Shown: positions 26,969 to 37,260, numbered from the stretch's first letter. The stretch is 64,000 nt of DNA from Bacteroidia bacterium (GCA_038230515.1 JBBRND010000001.1:88464-152463), one strand, 5' to 3'. Notes: generated by a model not told the origin, from the sequence alone. A program made the numbers and translations.

Positions 26969-28171
26969 ATGCACCACATCACTGCCGATTATGTTTTTCC
27001 CATCTCTTCTCCGCCCATAAAAAACGGAGTAGTTATTGCTGATGAAGAAGGAGAAATTGTAGAAGTGCTTCCTCCCGAAAAATATGAGCAGGGAGATTTA
27101 TCGGGCAACATTGTTTTCGAAAAATATTCAGGAATTATTTGCCCCGGCTTCATCAATGCACATTGTCATCTCGAACTTTCTCACCTGAAAGGAAAAGTTT
27201 CCGAAGGAAAAACACTGCCCGCATTTATTGGCGAAGTAGTGCAACATCGCGAAGCAGAAAAAGAAATTATTGCTGCTGCCATTGCAAGAGCCGAAGATGA
27301 AATGATTGCAAACGGAATTGTTGCCGTGGGAGACATCTGCAACACAGCCGATACGGTTTTTCAGAAAAAGAAAAAGCGTTTGCATTATCACAACTTCATT
27401 GAACTGTTTGATATAATACCTGCCAACTCTGATAAAGAATTTGAAAAAGGATTTGCGCTGATGAAAGAGTTCAACGAAACCGGAAGCACTTCCTCGCTGT
27501 CGCCACATGCGCCTTACACCGTGTCGCCACAACTGCTCAAGCGCATCTACGAACATGCATACTTGCACGACAGCATCCTCACACTTCACAACCAGGAAAC
27601 CAAAAGTGAAAATGAAATGTTCCGAAGCAAAAGCGGTGCGCTGTTTGAAAAACTTTCCACCTTCGGAAATCTTTACGACAACTGGAAACCCTCGGGCTTC
27701 AGTTCACTTGCATCCACGCTTGTGCATTTGCCGAAGTGCAACAAAACAATGCTCGTGCATAATACATACTCAACCGAGGAAGATATTACCTGGGCGCATC
27801 TATACAGTTCAGTTATCTGGTGGTGCTTTTGTGGCAACGCAAATCTCTACATCGAAAACCGTTTGCCGGATTTTCAGACTTTCATTGATGCAAGTTGTAA
27901 AATCCTTCTAGGTACAGATAGCTATGCAAGCAATTGGTCGCTCTCTATCCTTGACGAAATGAAAACCATCAGCAAACATTCTCCGAAAATAAAACTTCAG
28001 CAACTACTGAAATGGGCAACATTGAACGGAGCCAATTTCTTCGGATGGAAAAAACAACTCGGCTCACTCGAAAAAGGAAAACGCCCGGGCATCAACCTCA
28101 TTACCGATGTGAATCTTGAAACGATGGCACTGACTGTATATTCAGAAGTGAAGCCATTAGTTAATTTCTGA
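26969..28171 (+). CDS. amidohydrolase family protein (chlorohydrolase / nucleoside deaminase-like)
   Basis: GFINAHCHLELS metal-binding H-x-H motif and later HNTY...GTDS. Start set at ATG 26969, downstream of the repeat array. Confidence 0.8.
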   Translation: MHHITADYVFPISSPPIKNGVVIADEEGEIVEVLPPEKYEQGDLSGNIVFEKYSGIICPGFINAHCHLELSHLKGKVSEGKTLPAFIGEVVQHREAEKEIIAAAIARAEDEMIANGIVAVGDICNTADTVFQKKKKRLHYHNFIELFDIIPANSDKEFEKGFALMKEFNETGSTSSLSPHAPYTVSPQLLKRIYEHAYLHDSILTLHNQETKSENEMFRSKSGALFEKLSTFGNLYDNWKPSGFSSLASTLVHLPKCNKTMLVHNTYSTEEDITWAHLYSSVIWWCFCGNANLYIENRLPDFQTFIDASCKILLGTDSYASNWSLSILDEMKTISKHSPKIKLQQLLKWATLNGANFFGWKKQLGSLEKGKRPGINLITDVNLETMALTVYSEVKPLVNF

Positions 28172-28351
28172 ACAGACTTAGAAAAGAAATCTTTTCAACA
28201 ATATTTTTTCCGTAGTAACGTTTCTATAAAACAATAAGTATAATGTCATACTAAAATGAAGATTGGCGAAAGATTTTGGGCTGTTTACCAAAATTTCATC
28301 ACAAACCCCTATCATTGCCATATCTTAATACTTTATTAAAACTTAACAGGC

Positions 28352-29818
28352 ATGTCTGAAACCCTTGTTCACAAAGGTTTTCATTTCTCTCGTTTTTTCT
28401 CAGTTGCATTCCTTGCCGGAGTGTTGTCTTCATTTTGCGCTTTTGCTTCCGTAAATCTTTCTGACGATTCGCTAAAGAGTTTGTTGAGTAATTCTCCGAA
28501 ATCACTATTTCAACCCGACATGAATATTTCGGTTGAAGAAAATCATCTCAAGGCAGGATTACTTTATGATGTGGAAAATAAAAAAATTGTGTGGCAGAAG
28601 GACATGCAAAAATCATATCCCATTGCTTCTCTTACGAAGATGATGGTTGCATTTCTTACTGTGGAAGATATTCATGCCGGCAAAGTTCATTGGGTTGACC
28701 ACGTAACCTGGACGCGCGACATTTCTTATTATGCAAAGAACAGGAAAGTTCATGCCACTGCCGATGTTACTTATTCCTTGCAGGATATGTTTAAGAATAC
28801 AATGATCGCTTCTAACAACGAAGCGGCAGAACAGATGGCACGCTATGTTGGCGGAGGAAACCTTGACGGATTTATTCAGAGAATGAATTTCCGCGCCCGC
28901 GAACTTGGCATGATGAGTACGTATTACGGAAATCCAACGGGGCTTCCTTCTTACTCCAAACTCTACGATAATTCTTCCACACCTGCCGATCTTTTAATCC
29001 TGACCCTTGAGATGCTTAAGTATCCCGAGATTATTGATGTAACAAGAATGGATTATGCTGACATCACCTGCGGGAAAAATACAACGATCATCAGTAATCA
29101 CAATCACCTCACTATTGATTACAAAGGACAAGTGGATGGAATGAAAACGGGCTACACTAAGCGTGCGGGGTTTTGCCTTGTTGCCTCTTCCTACAAGTGT
29201 GATCAGCGGTTGGTAAGTATTGTGCTCGGAGCAAAGGCTCCTATAATCCGCAATGATCTTGTGAAGGATATGATTGATGATTACTATACATCCATTGGTC
29301 TCGATAAATTAAGTCCGAACTGCACCATGCCCGAACAGTTCACCACTGCTGGTTCCACCGATAATGAAGATGCCGATGCGTCAGAGGGTGCGTATGTTTA
29401 TCAAACGAAAGTTGCCTTCGTTACTCACTTGGTTCAGCGCGGAGAATTCCTAAGCTCCATTGCTGATAAATATAAAGTAACCATTCCGCAGATTAAACAA
29501 TGGAATCATTTGAAGTCAACGCATGTGCATCCCGGTCAGCATTTGCTCGTGAAGGGAACCGTGCGTCAGAAAGTGTGGGTTACTAAAGAAGATCAGAGCA
29601 ACAACGTACCTAAAGACAAAACACAAGTTAAATCTTCTGCCATTCCAGCCACAGATAATCAATATGTTTTTTATACCATTCAGCAGGGCGATACGCTCTA
29701 CAGTATTTCAAGGCAGTATAAGGACATCACTGTGTCGAAGCTGAAAGAAATGAACGGCATTGAAGATGAATCCTGCATTCATCCCGGAATGCAAATTAAG
29801 GTTCCAGTAAAAGGTTAA
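28352..29818 (+). CDS. D-alanyl-D-alanine carboxypeptidase (S11) with two C-terminal LysM domains
   Basis: SLTK (SxxK), SNN (SxN) and KTG motifs. LysM-like blocks HLVQRGEFLSSIADKY and YTIQQGDTLYSISRQY. Confidence 0.85.
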   Translation: MSETLVHKGFHFSRFFSVAFLAGVLSSFCAFASVNLSDDSLKSLLSNSPKSLFQPDMNISVEENHLKAGLLYDVENKKIVWQKDMQKSYPIASLTKMMVAFLTVEDIHAGKVHWVDHVTWTRDISYYAKNRKVHATADVTYSLQDMFKNTMIASNNEAAEQMARYVGGGNLDGFIQRMNFRARELGMMSTYYGNPTGLPSYSKLYDNSSTPADLLILTLEMLKYPEIIDVTRMDYADITCGKNTTIISNHNHLTIDYKGQVDGMKTGYTKRAGFCLVASSYKCDQRLVSIVLGAKAPIIRNDLVKDMIDDYYTSIGLDKLSPNCTMPEQFTTAGSTDNEDADASEGAYVYQTKVAFVTHLVQRGEFLSSIADKYKVTIPQIKQWNHLKSTHVHPGQHLLVKGTVRQKVWVTKEDQSNNVPKDKTQVKSSAIPATDNQYVFYTIQQGDTLYSISRQYKDITVSKLKEMNGIEDESCIHPGMQIKVPVKG

Positions 29819-29858
29819 AATCTTCTTTTCAAAAAAGATTTTCTACCGCTTTCCTTTT

Positions 29859-29866
29859 TAATTTTG
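29859..29866 (+). promoter_or_regulatory. putative -7 box TAATTTTG
   Basis: Matches TAnnTTTG, 24 nt upstream of ATG 29890. Confidence 0.35.
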
Positions 29867-29889
29867 CCTTCTCCTAAAATCATTCCTTT

Positions 29890-30462
29890 ATGAATAGAAT
29901 ATTTTTTGTTGCTGTTTTAGCATTCGCTGTTTCGTTCAGCGCAAATGCACAAAAGAAAAAAGAAGAACCCCTCCCTACTCCTCAATTACCTGTTGACAAC
30001 GTAACCCGTAAAATTACTTACGAAGAAGTAGTAGATGCAAGTGGAAAAAGCGCAGATGAAATTTATCAAAAAATTATTTTATGGTTTCGAACATACTATA
30101 AGAATCCCGCAGAAGTGATTCGTGAAAATGATTCAATAAAAAGATCGGTGATGGGTAAACCGCGTTTCCGTATTTCTAATCCCCCCGAAAAAGAAGGTAC
30201 AAAAACAGATGCGGGATTGGTGCAGTACACAATTATAGTTGCCGCAAAAGACGGCAGATTCAAATACACACTTACTGAATTCAATCAGAAACAGAACAGT
30301 TACTATCCTTGCGAACGGTGGTACGACACAGCGCTCCCGTCATACACAAGAGCGATGGAAGAATACCTGCGTCAAACTGATAACTATGCAAAGACCACGA
30401 TTGCAGATCTGAAAAGTTCAATCACCAATGAGAAGCCCGTGAAGAATAAAGATGACTGGTAA
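29890..30462 (+). CDS. DUF4468-like secreted protein
   Basis: Signal peptide, then KITYEEVV...EIYQKIILWF as in Bacteroidota DUF4468 proteins. Assignment is from memory. Confidence 0.65.
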   Translation: MNRIFFVAVLAFAVSFSANAQKKKEEPLPTPQLPVDNVTRKITYEEVVDASGKSADEIYQKIILWFRTYYKNPAEVIRENDSIKRSVMGKPRFRISNPPEKEGTKTDAGLVQYTIIVAAKDGRFKYTLTEFNQKQNSYYPCERWYDTALPSYTRAMEEYLRQTDNYAKTTIADLKSSITNEKPVKNKDDW

Positions 30463-30580
30463 GATTTAGTTAGGCGTATTGGGTTCGTGAACAAAAATTG
30501 CCAGACGGTTCCCCCGGATAACCAATAATAGTTAACGAACAACTTTTTTTCTACCTTCGCTTGCACCAAACTTAACTACT

Positions 30581-31465
30581 ATGTCAACTACACTTTCAAT
30601 CACACCATTTATCATCGGAGCAATTGTTCTGTTTTTCCTTGGCGTTCGCATTATTCGGCCAACCCATCGCGGACTAATTGAACGACTCGGCAAGTATCAC
30701 CATTTTGCAGAGCCCGGATTTCATTGGATCATTCCGTTCATTGATAGAATGTATCAGATCAATACTACGGAACAAATGATCAATGCCGAAAGCCAGGAGA
30801 TCATCACGTTTGATAACCTGAATGCACGTGTGGATGCACAAGTGTATTTTAGAATAAAGCCAGACGAGGTGAGCGTAAAGAATTCGCAGTATAACGTGAA
30901 CAACATTGCCTATCAGATAGTGAATCTTGCGCGCACTACACTGCGCAATATTATCGGCACCATGACACTGAAGAGCGCGAACAGCGAGCGCGGAAAAATA
31001 AATAAGAGCTTGTATTCCACATTGCTTGAAGAAACTCATGATTGGGGAATTGATATTGTGCGCACCGAGTTGAAAGAAATTGATCCCCCAAAAGATGTTC
31101 AGGAAACGATGAACAAAATTGTAAAAGCAGAGAATGAAAAAATGGCTGCCATTGATTTTGCAACGGCTGTTGAAACAAGAGCAGACGGAGAAAAACGTGC
31201 GGAGATAAAAAAAGCAGAAGGAATTAGGACAGCTAATATCCTTACTGCAGAGGGAGAAGCTCAGGCAATTGCATTGGTTAACGAAGCAGCCGAAAAATAT
31301 TTTGTCGGGAATGCACAATTACTTCGCAAGCTGCAGGCAGTGGAGACAGCGCTTGCAAACAATTCAAAAATTGTTCTTTCAAGCGATAAGCAGTTGGTGA
31401 ATGTTATCGGAGATATGGCTGGCGTACTGCCATTGACAGGCCCATCTTTAAGTACGAAGGAATAA
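30581..31465 (+). CDS. SPFH/band-7 (stomatin-like) membrane protein
   Basis: N-terminal TM segment, an SPFH core (RIIRPTHRGLIERLGKY...TFDNLNARVDAQVYFRI) and a coiled Ala/Glu-rich tail. Confidence 0.9.
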   Translation: MSTTLSITPFIIGAIVLFFLGVRIIRPTHRGLIERLGKYHHFAEPGFHWIIPFIDRMYQINTTEQMINAESQEIITFDNLNARVDAQVYFRIKPDEVSVKNSQYNVNNIAYQIVNLARTTLRNIIGTMTLKSANSERGKINKSLYSTLLEETHDWGIDIVRTELKEIDPPKDVQETMNKIVKAENEKMAAIDFATAVETRADGEKRAEIKKAEGIRTANILTAEGEAQAIALVNEAAEKYFVGNAQLLRKLQAVETALANNSKIVLSSDKQLVNVIGDMAGVLPLTGPSLSTKE

Positions 31466-31512
31466 CGCTGAAACTTTTGTTCGGCAAGTATGTTTCACAT
31501 CTATGTTAATCA

Positions 31513-31917
31513 ATGAACATGGATCCTGATCAGCGATACAAGCCAGGGGTCTGCAACATGGGTGATCGCGAGGTTTCCGTCAGGAAAAAATTTCTCGCCT
31601 TTTTTACTCTCATAATGATAGCGTTTACGGTATCCTGTTTTACATATTGCGATTCCTTGTTCTGCTGGTTTGCACTCATCGGATCATCGTTTGCTGCTAT
31701 CACCATTTATCTCGAAATAAGATTCCGATTTTGCATTCTCTTCGGATTTTTTAATTTATACAATTTCAAGCATCTTGGAAATCTTGAAGAAGTAAATTGT
31801 AAAGACGACCAGCGTTGCGACCGTAAGCGCGTAAGGAAAATAATTTTTCAATCAGTATTTGTTTCCGTGATTTATTCCTCCATCATTCACCTGATGGCAA
31901 TGAGTCATCCTTTCTGA
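31513..31917 (+). CDS. small membrane protein, uncharacterised
   Basis: 134-aa ORF with 3-4 hydrophobic segments. The start is uncertain. Confidence 0.5.
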   Translation: MNMDPDQRYKPGVCNMGDREVSVRKKFLAFFTLIMIAFTVSCFTYCDSLFCWFALIGSSFAAITIYLEIRFRFCILFGFFNLYNFKHLGNLEEVNCKDDQRCDRKRVRKIIFQSVFVSVIYSSIIHLMAMSHPF

Positions 31918-31932
31918 GAAGATAGGTGCACT

Positions 31933-31960
31933 AAAAAAAATGCCGAACATTGTTCGGCAT
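31933..31960 (-). terminator. rho-independent terminator downstream of the glutamate dehydrogenase gene
   Basis: Perfect 9-bp stem ATGCCGAAC / GTTCGGCAT (31940-31960) with a 3-nt loop. The A8 run on the plus strand gives a U-run after the hairpin on the minus strand. Confidence 0.55.
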
Positions 31961-31989
31961 TGAAGTTCCATTAAAGTTATAGCAAATGC

Positions 31990-33414
31990 CTATGGGAAAA
32001 TTCCGAGCGCCTGATAGGACACTCCGAGCTTGTTGATTCCGCTTACAAATGCTGCAGTGCGCAGGTCTTCAATTTTCGGGTTCCTCTTTTTCACTTCGCG
32101 TATTTCATTGTAGGCAAAAATCATGGTCTCTTCCAGTCCGCTTCGAACCAGATCAATTTCATCAGCACCGTGCGTGATAATTTTTTTATCAATTGCATTG
32201 AGTGCCTTGCCGGTAATATTTTCAACCGCAGTGATCAAATGCCCTGTTGACATTTCCTGGAAACGCTTTTCCATTCTTCCGAAACGAACGTGAGAAAGAT
32301 TTTTCAGCCACTCGAAATATGAAACCGTTACACCGCCAGCGTTCAGGAAAAGATCGGGAATGATGAGAACGTTTCTCTGGTTGAGAACCGCCTCTCCGTT
32401 TTTTGTAACCGGACCATTTGCACCTTCAGCAATTACTTTTGCTTTGATGCGAGGAGCGTTGTCTTTTGTAATTTGATTTTCGAGCGCAGCAGGAATAAGA
32501 ATATCACACTCTGCTTCGAGAACCCCCATGGAGTCAGTGTAATTTTTTGCTCCCGCGAAATTTAAGATCGAACCTGTTTCTTTTCTGTGTTTGAAAACAT
32601 CGTCTATGTTCAAACCCTTCTCATTGTAAATTCCTCCTTCGCGTTCAGCAATACCAACGATAAGTGCACCTGCTTCCATACAGAATTTTGCAGAGTAGAA
32701 ACCTACGTTACCAAGTCCCTGCACAATAATTTTCTTTCCTTCAATGCCCGGAGTCATGCCGCGTGCCTTCATATCTTCAGTGTTATTCATCGCTTCACGC
32801 ACTCCGAAGAAAACACCCTGACCGGTAGCTTCTGTTCGTCCCTGAATACCGCCTTGTCCGATCGGTTTACCGGTAACACAACCGAGCGCATTCAGATCAT
32901 CGTATTTAAAAGTTGCATACGTATCCGCAATCCATGCCATCTCTCTCGGACCGCTTCCGTAATCAGGAGCGGGAACATCCACTGATGGTCCGATCATATT
33001 TTTCTTGATTAACTCAGTCGTATATCTGCGTGTTATGCGTTCCAATTGTCGTGGAGTGTAGTCAGCAGGATTTACTTTGATACCGCCTTTCGCCCCGCCA
33101 TACGGAACATCAACAACTGCACATTTAAAAGTCATCAACGTAGCAAGTGCTTTAACTTCGTCTTCGTTTACAAACTCGCTGTATCGAATACCCCCCTTGG
33201 TTGGTGTTTTGTGATGTGAGTGCTGAACACGTATCCCTTCTATTACCCGCACCTTCCCTTCAATCTCGATAGGAAAATACATTTTGTAAATGCTGTTGCA
33301 GATTTTTATCTGGTGAAGCAGTCCGGGTTCAAAGTTTGTGAAAGCCGCGGCTTTGTCGAAGTAAGAGAGTACATCGTTGTAAAACTTACTGCCATTTTCG
33401 AGATCGTTTTTCAT
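31990..33414 (-). CDS. Glu/Leu/Phe/Val dehydrogenase (glutamate dehydrogenase-like)
   Basis: VPYGGAKGGIKV catalytic Lys block and a GLGNVG Rossmann motif. Confidence 0.9.
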   Translation of the reverse strand: MKNDLENGSKFYNDVLSYFDKAAAFTNFEPGLLHQIKICNSIYKMYFPIEIEGKVRVIEGIRVQHSHHKTPTKGGIRYSEFVNEDEVKALATLMTFKCAVVDVPYGGAKGGIKVNPADYTPRQLERITRRYTTELIKKNMIGPSVDVPAPDYGSGPREMAWIADTYATFKYDDLNALGCVTGKPIGQGGIQGRTEATGQGVFFGVREAMNNTEDMKARGMTPGIEGKKIIVQGLGNVGFYSAKFCMEAGALIVGIAEREGGIYNEKGLNIDDVFKHRKETGSILNFAGAKNYTDSMGVLEAECDILIPAALENQITKDNAPRIKAKVIAEGANGPVTKNGEAVLNQRNVLIIPDLFLNAGGVTVSYFEWLKNLSHVRFGRMEKRFQEMSTGHLITAVENITGKALNAIDKKIITHGADEIDLVRSGLEETMIFAYNEIREVKKRNPKIEDLRTAAFVSGINKLGVSYQALGIFP

Positions 33415-33500
33415 TAAATATAAATTTGGGGTGGCAAAAGTAACAGAAGTAGTGAATCGTGCAAAACGAATTCTGATTAGCAGCCCTCAAACAATTGACT

Positions 33501-33508
33501 TAATTTTG
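33501..33508 (+). promoter_or_regulatory. putative -7 box TAATTTTG upstream of sufS
   Basis: Matches TAnnTTTG. The box ends 8 nt before ATG 33517. Confidence 0.3.
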
Positions 33509-33516
33509 CATTGAAA

Positions 33517-34812
33517 ATGGAATCACCAATTCAGAATAAAACAGTTACCTCCTTCGATGTAAAAAAGGCGCAGAAGGATTTCCCTATCCTCACGCAAACT
33601 GCTTACGGCAAGCCGCTTATCTACTTTGACAATGCCGCCACTTCACAAAAGCCGCAGTTTGTAATTGATGAGTTGACAAAATATTATTCCGAATACAATG
33701 CAAATATTCACCGCGGAGTGCATTGCCTGAGCCAAAAGGCATCGCAGGCGTTTGATAATGTTAGGGTAAAAGTTCAAAAGCTGATTAGTGCAAAATCAGA
33801 AAGAGAAATAATTTTTACGCGGGGAACAACGGAGTCTATCAATCTTGTTGCTTCAACTTGGGGAAGAAAAAACATTTCTGCCGGAGATGAAATTATTATT
33901 TCAGCCATGGAGCATCACAGCAATATTGTTCCGTGGCAGATGTTATGCGAAGAAAAGAAAGCGATCCTCAAAATTATTCCGATGAATGATGCAGGTGAAT
34001 TACTGATGGATAAATTTGAATCGTTGCTTTCTCCCAAAACAAAATTCATTTCCGTTGTTCATACTTCCAACTCCCTCGGCACAATCAATTCTGTGAGAGA
34101 AATTATCCGCCAAGCTCATGAGCAGAATATTTTGGTGATGATTGATGGAGCACAGGCAATTGCGCATAGTGAAATTGATGTGCACGAAATGGATTGTGAT
34201 TTTTTTGCTTTCAGCGGACATAAAATGTTCGGACCAACAGGCGTTGGTTGCCTCTATGGAAAATTAAACCTTCTCGAAGACATGCCACCATACCAGGGCG
34301 GAGGAGAAATGATTCACTCTGTTACTTTTGAAAAGACAACCTACAATGAAGTGCCTTTTAAGTTTGAGGCGGGTACACCGAATATTGCAGATGTAATCGC
34401 ACTAGGAACAGCAGTTGACTACATTCAATCGCTCGACAGAAAAATAATTTCAGAATACGAACATGAACTGATGCGGTACACATCAGAAAAATTATCAGCG
34501 ATTGACGGAGTGCGCTTAATTGGCACGGCAAAAGAAAAAACGAGTGTTGTATCTTTTATCATCGAAGAAGTGAATGCCCTTGATGTGGGAATGTATCTTG
34601 ATACATTGGGGGTCGCTGTCCGCACGGGACATCATTGTAATGAACCAGTGATGGATCGTTTTAAAATTCCCGGAACCATCCGCGCATCTTTTTTATTCTA
34701 TAATACGAAAGAAGAAATTGATGTGATGGTTGAAGGGGTTAAGAAAGCCATCAAGCTACTCAGGCCTCACCCACAACCTCTCTCCAAGGGAGAAGGGAGA
34801 AATCCTCAATAG
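33517..34812 (+). CDS. sufS: cysteine desulfurase, SufS type
   Basis: FSGHKMFGPTG (PLP Lys) and RTGHHCNEP (active-site Cys). First ATG at 33517. Confidence 0.9.
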   Translation: MESPIQNKTVTSFDVKKAQKDFPILTQTAYGKPLIYFDNAATSQKPQFVIDELTKYYSEYNANIHRGVHCLSQKASQAFDNVRVKVQKLISAKSEREIIFTRGTTESINLVASTWGRKNISAGDEIIISAMEHHSNIVPWQMLCEEKKAILKIIPMNDAGELLMDKFESLLSPKTKFISVVHTSNSLGTINSVREIIRQAHEQNILVMIDGAQAIAHSEIDVHEMDCDFFAFSGHKMFGPTGVGCLYGKLNLLEDMPPYQGGGEMIHSVTFEKTTYNEVPFKFEAGTPNIADVIALGTAVDYIQSLDRKIISEYEHELMRYTSEKLSAIDGVRLIGTAKEKTSVVSFIIEEVNALDVGMYLDTLGVAVRTGHHCNEPVMDRFKIPGTIRASFLFYNTKEEIDVMVEGVKKAIKLLRPHPQPLSKGEGRNPQ

Positions 34813-34815
34813 AAT

Positions 34816-35385
34816 TTACGCGTACTGAAACCTGAAGTTTAATCGGTTGATCAACCTGCGATAATTTTTTTTCAGATCGCGGTCAACTGCACGTACATCT
34901 TTGTACTCCTGAAATTTTCTGATCAACAACATATCGAAAACGGAACTTTCAAGAAAATCAATATCGCTTTTGAAACCGCACACACACAGCGCGCGCGTTG
35001 TCTGCAAAAACTTCTTGATGTTTCGTTCATCTGTGTCAAGTGTGTTGCAGCTACCGAAATGAATAATCTTATCCACGCAGGAGCCATTCAGCGTTTCGGC
35101 AAGCTCTTCAAGGTTCAGATAATCTTTGCCAACCTTTATTTGTTCTGGATGCCCGTGAAAAGCCAGATACATGATGGTATAATTCTGATACCGCTTCTGT
35201 TTCCACAGCGAGAGGTAATATTTCAGGTTGTCTTTTGTTCCACAATTTTTGTGGATGTATTCAATGCCGCAGTTGGCATGAAGAAAGTCGAGTGCCGCGG
35301 TTACACTTGATTTGTTACGCAGATCTTTTTCCCAATCCCCTTCGAGGCAGAATACATTTTTGTTGAGGTTCTTTGCAATTCTCAT
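34816..35385 (-). CDS. uncharacterised 189-aa protein with a His-Gly / Cys dyad pattern
   Basis: Clean ORF. A hydrophobic strand plus HG (IMYLAFHGHP) and a hydrophobic strand plus C (KIIHFGSCNT) are arranged as in clan CD peptidases. No signal peptide. Confidence 0.7.
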   Translation of the reverse strand: MRIAKNLNKNVFCLEGDWEKDLRNKSSVTAALDFLHANCGIEYIHKNCGTKDNLKYYLSLWKQKRYQNYTIMYLAFHGHPEQIKVGKDYLNLEELAETLNGSCVDKIIHFGSCNTLDTDERNIKKFLQTTRALCVCGFKSDIDFLESSVFDMLLIRKFQEYKDVRAVDRDLKKNYRRLINRLNFRFQYA

Positions 35386-35497
35386 AATCTAATCTCCTTT
35401 TCCTTTTTATTGTAAATGTTGCCGCCATAGCTTTTTTATTTTTATCTGCGAAATACCCATCATCCGAAATTACGAATGAAAGTAATCTTGACTTCTC

Positions 35498-36346
35498 CTA
35501 TCTTTTGAAATTCGGTTTGCGTTTTTCGAGAAAGGCAGCTACGCCTTCTTTCACATCGTCTTTTGCAAAACATTTTCCGAATTCTTCTGCTTCGAAATTA
35601 AATCCGTCAACTCCGGAAGTGCAATAAGCATCAACGCATTTCACGATGCCCGCCACTCCAACCGGGCTCATCATCGCAATCTTCTTGATGATCTCTTCGC
35701 ACTTGTCAATGAGATATTCCAGTGACATTACATGATTAACTAGACCGAGCTTTAATGCAGTATCTGCATCAATCATATCGCTGGTCATCATCAGTTCCAT
35801 TGCTTTGCCTTTGCCGATGAGCTGAACCATGCGTTGAGTTCCACCATAGCCTGGAATCAAACCCAAACGAACTTCCGGCTGACCGAATTTTGCATTGTCA
35901 CTTGCTACACGCATGTGGCAGCTCATTGCCAACTCGCAACCACCGCCCAATGCAAAACCGTTTACTGCTGCGATAACGGGTTTTGGGCAAAGTTCAATGC
36001 TGCGAAAAACCTTTTGTCCGTCAGCGCTTAGCTTTTTTCCTTCATCAGGAGAATAATTTGCAAACTCATAAATATCTGCCCCGGCGACAAATGCTTTATC
36101 TCCGACTCCTGTAATTATTATTCCGATTACTGTTGAATCATTTGCTCCCTGGTCAATCGCTTTCCCGATTTCTTGAATTGTAAGATGATTGAGAGCGTTC
36201 ATTTTATCAGGACGGTTTATTGCTATCTTCAGAATATTGCTTTCAACTTCGGCAAGAATATTTTTATATGCTAAAGAAGACGTTGGTTGCTGAATGTTGG
36301 ATGCCGGAGTTGTTCCAAGTCCGCTTAAGTTAAGGTTGTCGCTCAT
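35498..36346 (-). CDS. enoyl-CoA hydratase/isomerase family protein
   Basis: Crotonase blocks FVAGADI, AAVNGFALGGGCELAM and GQPEVRLGLIPGYGGTQR. Confidence 0.9.
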   Translation of the reverse strand: MSDNLNLSGLGTTPASNIQQPTSSLAYKNILAEVESNILKIAINRPDKMNALNHLTIQEIGKAIDQGANDSTVIGIIITGVGDKAFVAGADIYEFANYSPDEGKKLSADGQKVFRSIELCPKPVIAAVNGFALGGGCELAMSCHMRVASDNAKFGQPEVRLGLIPGYGGTQRMVQLIGKGKAMELMMTSDMIDADTALKLGLVNHVMSLEYLIDKCEEIIKKIAMMSPVGVAGIVKCVDAYCTSGVDGFNFEAEEFGKCFAKDDVKEGVAAFLEKRKPNFKR

Positions 36347-36357
36347 AATTTTCGGGC

Positions 36358-36807
36358 TTAAAAATTTCTTCTCTTCGTTACTTCTTCTTTTATGTATTTC
36401 ACAATTTCATTAGTGTTGGTCCCCGGGTCGAAAAGTCTTCCGGCACCAAGTTCATTCAGCTTCTTCGTATCATCTGACGGAATAATTCCTCCGCCCGTTA
36501 ACAAAACATCGTTCATGCCCTTCTGTTTCATTAGCGAAATAATTTTCGGAAACACCGTGTTGTGTGCGCCCGAAAGAATGCTGATGCCGATTACATCTAC
36601 ATCTTCCTGCATTGCAGCATTCACTACCATCTCCGGAGTTTGTCGCAAGCCGGTGTAAATTACTTCCATGCCTGCATCGCGAAGAAATGATGCAATCACT
36701 TTTGCTCCTCGATCGTGTCCATCCAATCCAACTTTTGCAATGAGCACGCGGATTGGTCGCGTGAATTTTTTTTCTGATAAGGTTGTTGAGATTTTTTCTT
36801 CCTGCAT
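36358..36807 (-). CDS. cobalamin B12-binding domain protein (methylmalonyl-CoA mutase small/C-terminal domain)
   Basis: D-x-H-x-x-G motif in [12 protein letters not shown], followed by SILSGAH and GGGIIP. Confidence 0.9.
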   Translation of the reverse strand: MQEEKISTTLSEKKFTRPIRVLIAKVGLDGHDRGAKVIASFLRDAGMEVIYTGLRQTPEMVVNAAMQEDVDVIGISILSGAHNTVFPKIISLMKQKGMNDVLLTGGGIIPSDDTKKLNELGAGRLFDPGTNTNEIVKYIKEEVTKRRNF

Positions 36808-37008
36808 AACTGCTCGCTTACGAGTTCAAAGTTAGAAAACAGAAGCGGCTTTGGAAACCTTTTCTGCATAAAAATTTGTTAAAAACGTATTTGGTTAAGT
36901 ATCAAAAGGAAAACGTTTTTATTGCCAATTTATTATATATTTTATTTTTAATTATCAATTTTTGTTATTTGATTTTATATTTACAGTAAAAGAAAGGTCG
37001 AAGAGGTG

Positions 37009-37260
37009 TTTTCGGAAGCTGAAAGGGGAGCTGCGGAAGGGGTAAATGGTGACACGGATAAGAGTAAATGGATTGCGGATAAGGAAAAGGGAAGCCCGGA
37101 TGAGGGAAAATGAGTTGCGGATAAGAGAAAAAGGATCTCCGGAAGAGAGAAAAGGAGATGCGAAAATGGGAAATGGGATTGCGGAAGGCAGAAAAGGAAG
37201 CGCGGACTAGTGAAAAGAGTCCGCGGATGAAAGAAAAGGAAGCATGGAAATGATAAAAAT
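37009..37260. repeat. 21-bp phased array D (12 units, consensus NNTGCGGATAAGNGAAAAGGN)
   Basis: Units start at 37009 and every 21 bp through 37240. A [CG]CGGA core sits at positions 4-9 and an A3-5 tract at positions 15-19. Confidence 0.85.

Noticed and set aside
34762-34812. The last 16 codons of sufS (RPHPQPLSKGEGRNPQ) look like read-through into a non-homologous GC-rich element.
   Set aside because: Only a weak 5-bp hairpin (TCTCC-AAG-GGAGA) is visible. I cannot verify the normal SufS C-terminus without an alignment, so this is too weak to report as a finding.
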